Below are positions 9,442-15,340 of a DNA stretch of 39,841 bases, in pieces; position 1 is the first letter of the stretch; each line of letters begins with the position of its first letter. Made by a program: the position numbers and the translations under genes. The notes beneath the pieces were generated by a model. That model was not told where the DNA came from. It saw only the letters and a list, made by a program, of their open reading frames with translations, and made no database searches. The stretch covers positions 1 through 39,841 of the forward strand of contig JBLHRE010000002.1 of the NCBI GenBank assembly GCA_047625765.1. Reading direction: 5' to 3'. The stretch comes from Flavobacteriales bacterium. GTDB taxonomy: Bacteria; Bacteroidota; Bacteroidia; Flavobacteriales; JBLHRE01.

Positions 9442-10953
9442 ATGAGCTATAGTAATTCATTTTTGATTCTAGTTTTTATTTTAGTAAGCAGTGTTTCTGT
9501 TAGTGCTCAAAAAAGAGAATTTAAGCAGTATTTTTTTAATAATGGCAAAGTAGCTAGCGAAGGATATTTGGTAGATGGTAAGCCAGATGGTTTTTGGAAA
9601 AGTTTCTACCAAGATGGCAAGCCTAAATCGCAAGGGGATAGGCTAAATTTCGCTTTAGAAGGACTTTGGAAGTTTTATGATACCCAAGGTTCGTTGAAAG
9701 AAGAAATTGGTTTTAAGGAAGGAAAAAAGCATGGTATTTTTAGGAAATACGAACAAGGATTATTATTGAGCGAATTCTTTTACCTAGAAGAACGACTGGA
9801 TAGTGTTTCTAGGTGGTTTTACCCTACGGGACAAGTAAAACGGTCTGTACCCTTCGATGATAATTTTGAACAAGGAAAAGGCTTTGAATACGCTATTGAT
9901 GGAACCATACTTGCCATGCAAAAATACCGTAGTGGTGTAATGGTTAAAAACCTAAAAATTAACCGGGTCGATAGCGAAGGAAGAAAGCAAGGTTTGTTCA
10001 TGGAATTTTATACCAAAAAAAATACAAAATCAGAAGGAATGTATTTTAACGATTTAAAAGATGGATACTTTAAATATTACTTAGAAGATGGAGGACTGCA
10101 AAAAAACGAAAGATGGATTATGGGTGTTTTACAAACCAATGATGCCAATGCCGGAAGAATTCGTTTATCCGCAACCTACAACGAAGCGGGTTATGTAGAA
10201 AGAATGGGTGGTTATAGAAATGGTAAAATGGATGGTGGGCATAGACTTTTCAACGAAAAGGGTGATGTTATTTTAAATCAGATTTACCAATTGGGCGTAT
10301 TAATTGCAGAAGGGACAGTAGATTCGTTGGGATTGAGACAAGGCGAATGGAAAAGTTATTATGAAAAAGGTGCCTTAAAATCGAAAGGAAATTACCAAGC
10401 AGATAAAAAAATGGATAAGTGGTATTTCTTTTTTATAGACAGTACTTTAGAACAAGTGGGTTCTTATAAAAATGACTTCCCTGATGGATCTTGGAAATGG
10501 TATTTCCAAGGACAGATTTTGCAAAAAGAAGAACGTTATAGAAATGGTTTACTTTCTGGAAATAGTGTGGAATACGATAGTTTCGGAAATGTATTGGCCA
10601 AAGGATCTTATATAGAAGGACAAAAAGATGGAAGATGGATATATGAACTGAACGATCATAAAGAAGTAGGTAGGTACAAGGATGGTTTAATGACTGGAGA
10701 ATGGAATTATTTTTACGAAGGAGGTTACTTACAATTCAATGGTTCTTATATAGATGGAATTAAACACAACAATCATACTTGGTATTATCCAAATAGTAAA
10801 ATTCGTGTAAGTGGTTCTTATTTTTATGGTAGGAAAACTGGTGCCTGGAAATACTACGAAATATCCGGACTATTGATAGTTACAGTTTTTTACGAAAATG
10901 GCGTTGAAACCAAATACAATGGTTCCAAAATTGGAGTGGAGTTGGTGGAGTAG
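9442..10953 (+). CDS. secreted MORN-variant repeat protein (YwqK-like repeats)
   Basis: Signal peptide followed by more than 15 tandem repeats of the G-x-W-x-x-Y/F-Y-x-x-G type (DGFWKSFYQDGK, GEWKSYYEKGA, GSWKWYFQGQ and others). Confidence 0.8.
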   Translation: MSYSNSFLILVFILVSSVSVSAQKREFKQYFFNNGKVASEGYLVDGKPDGFWKSFYQDGKPKSQGDRLNFALEGLWKFYDTQGSLKEEIGFKEGKKHGIFRKYEQGLLLSEFFYLEERLDSVSRWFYPTGQVKRSVPFDDNFEQGKGFEYAIDGTILAMQKYRSGVMVKNLKINRVDSEGRKQGLFMEFYTKKNTKSEGMYFNDLKDGYFKYYLEDGGLQKNERWIMGVLQTNDANAGRIRLSATYNEAGYVERMGGYRNGKMDGGHRLFNEKGDVILNQIYQLGVLIAEGTVDSLGLRQGEWKSYYEKGALKSKGNYQADKKMDKWYFFFIDSTLEQVGSYKNDFPDGSWKWYFQGQILQKEERYRNGLLSGNSVEYDSFGNVLAKGSYIEGQKDGRWIYELNDHKEVGRYKDGLMTGEWNYFYEGGYLQFNGSYIDGIKHNNHTWYYPNSKIRVSGSYFYGRKTGAWKYYEISGLLIVTVFYENGVETKYNGSKIGVELVE

Positions 10954-11222
10954 TGGAGGTGCTTAAATTAAAAAAGTAAAATAGTTGTTATAAACTATTT
11001 ATAATTTCATTTTTAGCTTTTTAATGTATCAGCTAGTTTTGTGAAACCAAAGGCCAGGAACATACCAGATATAATAAATATTAAAGCAAAATTCTTAAGA
11101 AAAGTCATTTCAGTAAACTCATTTATTGCGACTAAGATAATGGCCACAATAATGATTACAAGTGAGGTAAAATTTTCTTATTCATAGGTTAATATTATAT
11201 TTTTTTAAGTTTATTGCTAACG
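10880..11222 (+). repeat. direct repeat copy A (~340 bp)
   Basis: Aligns by eye with 12595-12922 at roughly 85-90% identity with a few indels. It covers the last ~75 nt of the MORN gene, its stop, and a small minus-strand ORF. Weaker similarity may extend about 70 nt further. Confidence 0.9.
11013..11185 (-). pseudogene. disrupted copy of small hydrophobic ORF (paralogue of 12727-12894)
   Basis: Relative to copy B it has a 6-nt insertion and a 1-nt deletion near the 5' end. Reading from the ATG at 11185 therefore hits TAA after 9 codons (MNKKILPHL*). Confidence 0.4.
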
Positions 11223-11290
11223 TTTAGTATAAGAACAGTGGCGCACTAAGTTCTCTTTCCTTCTGAATAGCAATATACTTAATTTAAAGC

Positions 11291-11319
11291 AAAAACGGTT
11301 TGAGTATACACCCAAACCG
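11291..11319 (-). terminator. rho-independent terminator after acr3
   Basis: 7-bp stem cggtttg/caaaccg (11296-11302 / 11313-11319), followed by T5 on the minus strand. Confidence 0.55.
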
Positions 11320-11370
11320 CTATTGCTTTTATACATTGTTATCTACTATATTTTTTCATTCAGCTTGGCT

Positions 11371-12411
11371 TTAAGCTTTGGCTTTTCCGTAATATTTTTT
11401 CCGCAACCAAAAAGAAACACGAACTAATAAAATCAATGCAGGAACTTCAACTAAAGGACCAATTACTCCTGCAAATGCTTGTCCTGAATTTAGACCAAAA
11501 ACTGCTATTGCAACTGCAATCGCTAATTCAAAATTATTTCCGGCTGCTGTAAAAGCGACTGCTGCTGTTTTGTCGTATTCTGCTCCTGTTGCTTTGGTAA
11601 CGAAAAATCCAATGATAAACATTAATGTAAAATAGATAAGTAAAGGAACTGCAATGATTAAAACATCCATTGGGATTTCCACAATTAATTCTCCTTTTAG
11701 TGAGAACATAACCACAATCGTAAACAAAAGTGCAATCAATGTCATTGGCGAAATAGCCGGAATAAACTTTTTAGTGTACCAATCTTCGCCTTTAAGTTTT
11801 ACCAATATTAGTCTGCTTAAAATTCCCATTACAAACGGAATACCTAAATAAATGGCAACACTTTCTGCAATTGTTCCGATTGAAATATCTATAATAGCAC
11901 CATCAAATCCAAAATATGGTGGAAGAACTGTTATGAAAATCCACGCATAAAAACTGTATGCAAATACCTGAAAAATAGTGTTTAATGCAACTAGACCTGC
12001 TCCATATTCGCTACTTCCTTCTGCAAGGTCGTTCCAAACCAAAACCATTGCAATACAACGAGCCAAACCAATCAAAATAAGTCCGACCATATATTCTGGA
12101 TAATCATGCAAAAATGTAATTGCCAAAACAAACATTAAAACAGGACCAATTATCCAATTTAGAATAAGTGAAATAGAAAGAATTTTTGTATTCCTAAAAA
12201 CTTTTGGTAATAGGGCATAGTTGACTTTTGCCAAAGGTGGATACATCATTAAAATCAAACCGATTGCAATTGGAATATTTGTTGTTCCGCTACTCAATGA
12301 GTTTATAATGTTTGGAAATGTTGGAATAAAATATCCAAGTCCAACTCCAAAAGCCATTGCAAAAAATATCCAAAGGGTTAGATTACTGTCAAGAAAACTT
12401 AATTTTTTCAT
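11371..12411 (-). CDS. acr3: ACR3 family arsenite efflux transporter
   Basis: 346-aa polytopic membrane protein. It carries the ACR3 signature [16 protein letters not shown] and an MMYPPLAKV segment. Confidence 0.9.
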   Translation of the reverse strand: MKKLSFLDSNLTLWIFFAMAFGVGLGYFIPTFPNIINSLSSGTTNIPIAIGLILMMYPPLAKVNYALLPKVFRNTKILSISLILNWIIGPVLMFVLAITFLHDYPEYMVGLILIGLARCIAMVLVWNDLAEGSSEYGAGLVALNTIFQVFAYSFYAWIFITVLPPYFGFDGAIIDISIGTIAESVAIYLGIPFVMGILSRLILVKLKGEDWYTKKFIPAISPMTLIALLFTIVVMFSLKGELIVEIPMDVLIIAVPLLIYFTLMFIIGFFVTKATGAEYDKTAAVAFTAAGNNFELAIAVAIAVFGLNSGQAFAGVIGPLVEVPALILLVRVSFWLRKKYYGKAKA

Positions 12412-12442
12412 ATGTAATTTGTATTCAGTTATTTAAAATGTT

Positions 12443-12592
12443 TTATTCTGCACAGCTACTCCATTTATATTGGACGATAACTTTAAACGTATTATAAATT
12501 GTGACATATTTTTCAATATTCTTTTTTAGCAATAGAGTATTTAAATTTTCATCAGAACTGTAAGTAGTTAGACTGTAATATATGTCGTCCAT
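12443..12592 (-). CDS. 49-aa hypothetical ORF immediately upstream of acr3
   Basis: ATG at 12592 to TAA at 12443 (MDDIYYSLTTYSSDENLNTLLLKKNIEKYVTIYNTFKVIVQYKWSSCAE). No recognisable motif; it may be a remnant. Confidence 0.2.
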   Translation of the reverse strand: MDDIYYSLTTYSSDENLNTLLLKKNIEKYVTIYNTFKVIVQYKWSSCAE

Positions 12593-12596
12593 TTTT

Positions 12597-12680
12597 ACAG
12601 GTTTTTACGAAAATGGCATTGAAACCAAATATAATGGTTCTAAAATTGGGGTGGATTGGTGGAGTAGTGGAGGTGCTTAA
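12597..12680 (+). pseudogene. orphan 3' fragment of a MORN-repeat gene
   Basis: Translates to TGFYENGIETKYNGSKIGVDWWSSGGA*, against TVFYENGVETKYNGSKIGVELVE* at the end of the intact gene. A 1-nt indel changes the last residues. There is no upstream coding continuation. Confidence 0.6.
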
Positions 12681-12726
12681 ACTAAAAAAGCAAAATAGTT
12701 ATTATAAGTTATTTAAAATTTCATTT

Positions 12727-12894
12727 TTAGCTTTTTGGTTTATCAGCTAGTTTTGTGAGCCCAAAGCCCAGGAACATACCCGCGATAATAAATATTAAAG
12801 CAAAGTCCTTAATAAAAGTCATTTCAGTAAACTCATTTATTGCTACTAAGATAATAGTGACAATAATGATTATAAGTGGGGGTAAAATTTTCAT
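12727..12894 (-). CDS. 55-aa small two-helix membrane protein (intact copy)
   Basis: MKILPPLIIIIVTIILVAINEFTEMTFIKDFALIFIIAGMFLGFGLTKLADKPKS, with ATG at 12894 and TAA at 12727. It is below the ORF-track length cutoff. Confidence 0.4.
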   Translation of the reverse strand: MKILPPLIIIIVTIILVAINEFTEMTFIKDFALIFIIAGMFLGFGLTKLADKPKS

Positions 12895-13016
12895 AGGTTA
12901 ATATTATATTTTTATTGCTAACGGTCTCGTGTATGAGTAGTAGCGGATTTTAACTCACTTAACTTTCAGTTTTGCACTGAGCCAAAGCGTTGTATTTTGT
13001 TTTTAACTTAATTTAC

Positions 13017-13043
13017 TTTTAAAAGCTAAATCAAATATTTAGC
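13017..13043 (-). terminator. weak AT-rich hairpin downstream of the two-gene operon
   Basis: 7-bp stem gctaaat/atttagc (13025-13031 / 13037-13043), followed by TTTT on the minus strand. Confidence 0.3.
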
Positions 13044-13105
13044 GGTGTTAATTAATTGCTTTAAAATTTCAATTTACTACCAAAACCCACATTAACTATA
13101 GGCAG

Positions 13106-13115
13106 TGTTAGGGGG
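13106..13115. repeat. left arm of perfect 10-bp inverted repeat GTTAGGGGGA
   Basis: Reverse complement of 14465-14474. It overlaps the stop codon and last two codons of the 125-aa ORF. Confidence 0.85.
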
Positions 13116-13485
13116 ATTTTTTTTCTGGTTTTGGAGGTTCGTATGTCCAGGAATCATTTTTATGTAATGCACCCATCAGTCTTCCAATTTTACCAACTGA
13201 AATTTCATCATCTAATTCATTACGTTCTATACATCTTCCTTCTTGTTTTGCAACGAGAAAGAATCCACCATTGTTTAATAAACTGGGTTTGTTTAAATAG
13301 GAATAATGATTGAAATTATAATCATCACTAAGTACAATTATTAAATCGGAGTAACCAAAATTTCTTTTAATTTTATATGCGTAGAACTCATCAGAATCTG
13401 CCGATTCAATTGATTTTACAGCACTATGGTTCATTAATGCTCTTTCAATGAAGGGTCTGATTGAATAATGTAAATCTTTACCCAT
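13108..13485 (-). CDS. 125-aa hypothetical protein, distal gene of the NTase operon
   Basis: Its ATG at 13485 overlaps the upstream ORF by 8 nt, consistent with translational coupling. No signal peptide or TM helix. The D47 (SDLIIVL) ... K80/E82 (FFLVAKQEG) pattern is only loosely nuclease-fold-like, so no family is assigned. Confidence 0.6.
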   Translation of the reverse strand: MGKDLHYSIRPFIERALMNHSAVKSIESADSDEFYAYKIKRNFGYSDLIIVLSDDYNFNHYSYLNKPSLLNNGGFFLVAKQEGRCIERNELDDEISVGKIGRLMGALHKNDSWTYEPPKPEKKSP

Positions 13486-14455
13486 TTCCTTTTAATTTAT
13501 ATGTGTTATATGATATGAATTCTTCAAATAAGACCTTTTCGTTTTTTTGGAAAGGAGTAAGGTGAAGATTAGATTTAAATTTAAGTTTAAAGTCCATCTT
13601 TAGAATTTCAATATCTTTTAAATGTCTTTTATTTAGCATAACATCAAACAGTATAACTATATCAAAATCATTTGCTTTTTCTGGAATGAAAAGAGATGAA
13701 CCGAATAAGTACCATTCATTTTTAACTTGTTTTAATAATCGTTTTTTGACCCATTTTTTTCTCTTCAATAGATGCGCTGAATTGACAGAAGAATTGTAAC
13801 ATTCTTTTGTTATTAAATCGCAGAAATCTGTTGGGAAACGATGTTGCGAATAATCAAACTCTTCATTTATCGTATGTTCTTGAACAGCATCTATATGCAT
13901 TATCATTTGATCTGCCAATTCAGATTTTTCTCGATCAAATAGAGACTTATTTTCTATCAATATCGATTTTATTTTCTCATTGTTTGGTATGATTGTTTCG
14001 CTTCTGTATTTGTACCACATAGTCATATCTGTCCTCAGTAAATCTGAGAATTCAGCACCAGAATTTGGTCCAACCGTTTTGAAAATGTATTGATTGTCTT
14101 TTAGAATGGGAAAAATTAATTTGCATACCTCGTAAAATGAAGAGCATTTTGTTTCTACTATATTTAAGTACTCTGCTTTTTCTACTTGATTAAATTTCAA
14201 CTCAAGTAATCTGTTGTATGTGTTATAAATTAGTGCAATTATAATTATGAAGAGGCCAATTAACCAATCATACTTTCCAATTACTGGAATATAAATGTTT
14301 TTGAAGTTTTCATTTGTGCTCTCTATACCAAGATTTAATAGATCTAACCAAAAAGGTTTTGATAATAATGTTAAACCCACGCCTACAATTAAAGAGATTA
14401 TCGTGTTGTAGCGTTTAGGCCTTAGTAACAAATATATTTTTACAATTTTCTCCAA
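13478..14455 (-). CDS. 2-TM membrane protein with C-terminal minimal (Pol-beta-type) nucleotidyltransferase motif
   Basis: Predicted TM helices at about aa 18-32 and 64-77. WYLFGSSLFIPEKANDFDIVILFD (aa 248-271) fits hG[GS]-x9-13-Dh[DE]h. The start is TTG (14455), preceded by an A-rich tract, with no in-frame ATG nearby. Very AT-rich. Confidence 0.7.
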   Translation of the reverse strand: MEKIVKIYLLLRPKRYNTIISLIVGVGLTLLSKPFWLDLLNLGIESTNENFKNIYIPVIGKYDWLIGLFIIIIALIYNTYNRLLELKFNQVEKAEYLNIVETKCSSFYEVCKLIFPILKDNQYIFKTVGPNSGAEFSDLLRTDMTMWYKYRSETIIPNNEKIKSILIENKSLFDREKSELADQMIMHIDAVQEHTINEEFDYSQHRFPTDFCDLITKECYNSSVNSAHLLKRKKWVKKRLLKQVKNEWYLFGSSLFIPEKANDFDIVILFDVMLNKRHLKDIEILKMDFKLKFKSNLHLTPFQKNEKVLFEEFISYNTYKLKGNG

Positions 14456-14464
14456 TTTTTTTAT

Positions 14465-14474
14465 TCCCCCTAAC
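14465..14474. repeat. right arm of perfect 10-bp inverted repeat (TCCCCCTAAC)
   Basis: Lies between the putative -7 box and the TTG start of the 325-aa ORF. Confidence 0.85.
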
Positions 14475-14497
14475 TAGTGGTTATTATTAACTACGCT

Positions 14498-14505
14498 CAA
14501 ATGTA
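14498..14505 (-). promoter_or_regulatory. -7 box TACATTTG for the two-gene operon
   Basis: caaatgta on the + strand is TAcaTTTG on the minus strand, about 43 nt upstream of the TTG start. A TTTG lies 15 nt further upstream, which is a shorter spacer than typical. Confidence 0.35.
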
Positions 14506-14653
14506 GCATTTTAACCCTGCCAAATGGGGTGTATAAGCTCATAAACTATTATGGTTTAAGGAGTGTGGCAATTGTGTTTTTCTAGACAATATGGGAGGTT
14601 AAACGATACAATGTCGAATTACGTGTGAGATAGAACCGAAATGTATAAAAATC

Positions 14654-14691
14654 AAAAAACCCGTCTTGGTTTTACCAAGACGGGTTTTTTT
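14654..14691 (-). terminator. rho-independent terminator just 3' of tRNA-Cys (bidirectional shape)
   Basis: 11-bp stem cccgtcttggt/accaagacggg (14660-14670 / 14674-14684) with a 3-nt loop, flanked by A6 and T7 runs. Confidence 0.75.
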
Positions 14692-14692
14692 G

Positions 14693-14766
14693 TGGAGGTC
14701 ACGAGCGGATTCGAACCGCTGTACATGGTTTTGCAGACCATTGCCTAGCCACTCGGCCACGTGACC
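14693..14766 (-). tRNA. tRNA-Cys (anticodon GCA), CCA encoded
   Basis: The reverse complement reads GGTCACGTGGCCGAGTGGCTAGGCAATGGTCTGCAAAACCATGTACAGCGGTTCGAATCCGCTCGTGACCTCCA. It has a 7-bp acceptor stem GGTCACG/CGTGACC, an anticodon stem ATGGT/ACCAT with loop CTGCAAA, and a T-arm AGCGG-TTCGAAT-CCGCT. Confidence 0.95.
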
Positions 14767-14787
14767 ATTAATAAGCCGCAAACTTAG

Positions 14788-14997
14788 CTAATTCACTTTA
14801 TTGTCGCAAGTCTTATTTTCACTTGTATTGGCAAAGGAAACAAGACAATCTGGACACAAGCAGTTTGCATACTGTAAATGCAAATATTTTAGCTTTTCTA
14901 AAGTTACTTTATGCTTGGTACACCAGCAACCTGTCTCTTGTTGGCAAGAAAATGGAGCACTACAACGCGCGCATTCTTTTGCTTTGACCTTAGCCAT
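14788..14997 (-). CDS. cysteine-rich CWC family small protein
   Basis: 69 aa with 9 Cys, including the GCWC motif. Its start overlaps the folB stop by 8 nt. Confidence 0.65.
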   Translation of the reverse strand: MAKVKAKECARCSAPFSCQQETGCWCTKHKVTLEKLKYLHLQYANCLCPDCLVSFANTSENKTCDNKVN

Positions 14998-15340
14998 GCA
15001 TAATTACTTTCACGCTGTCTACTTCTCCCTGTATGGGAGCAGAAATCTTTGTGATATGTAAGCTTAAGTCGTTTATTCCTGCAATTTCTTGTAACATTCT
15101 GTTAATAATGCGCTGCCCTACATGTTCTATCAATTTACTACGAATTGCCATTTCTTCTTGTACAATCAGCGATAATGCGCTATAATCTACCGTATCTTCC
15201 AGTTCGTCAGAAACTATAGCCTTAGAAAAATCGGTGTTTACATGTACATCAATGCTGTAATGTGTACCTACTTTTCCTTCTTCGTCTAAACAACCGTGGT
15301 ACGAGAAGGTTTTTATACCTTGAACTACAATGGTTCCCAT
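14990..15340 (-). CDS. folB: dihydroneopterin aldolase
   Basis: 116 aa. GIKTFSYHGCLDEEGKVGTHYSIDV and DTVDYSALS match the FolB pattern. ATG/TAA overlap (TAATG) with gltX. Confidence 0.8.
   Translation of the reverse strand: MGTIVVQGIKTFSYHGCLDEEGKVGTHYSIDVHVNTDFSKAIVSDELEDTVDYSALSLIVQEEMAIRSKLIEHVGQRIINRMLQEIAGINDLSLHITKISAPIQGEVDSVKVIMHG

Larger units (their letters stand above)
12595..12922 (+). repeat. direct repeat copy B (~330 bp)
   Basis: Second copy of 10880-11222, located on the other side of acr3. Confidence 0.9.

Noticed and set aside
10979-11000. AT-rich hairpin (aaatagtt/aactattt) after the MORN gene as a terminator
   Set aside because: The stem is entirely A/T apart from one G-C pair, and the pairing is not preserved in repeat copy B, so the evidence is weak.
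12921-12950. Possible att-like remnant: tagcggattttaac resembles the tRNA-Cys T-arm segment gagcggattcgaac
   Set aside because: Only an 8-nt exact core (agcggatt) plus scattered matches, about 13 of 27 positions. That is within chance expectation for a ~100-bp search space, so it cannot support an attachment-site call.
14599-14781. 60-aa ORF overlapping the tRNA-Cys gene and its terminator
   Set aside because: It is fully explained by the tRNA and the hairpin, so the ORF is spurious.
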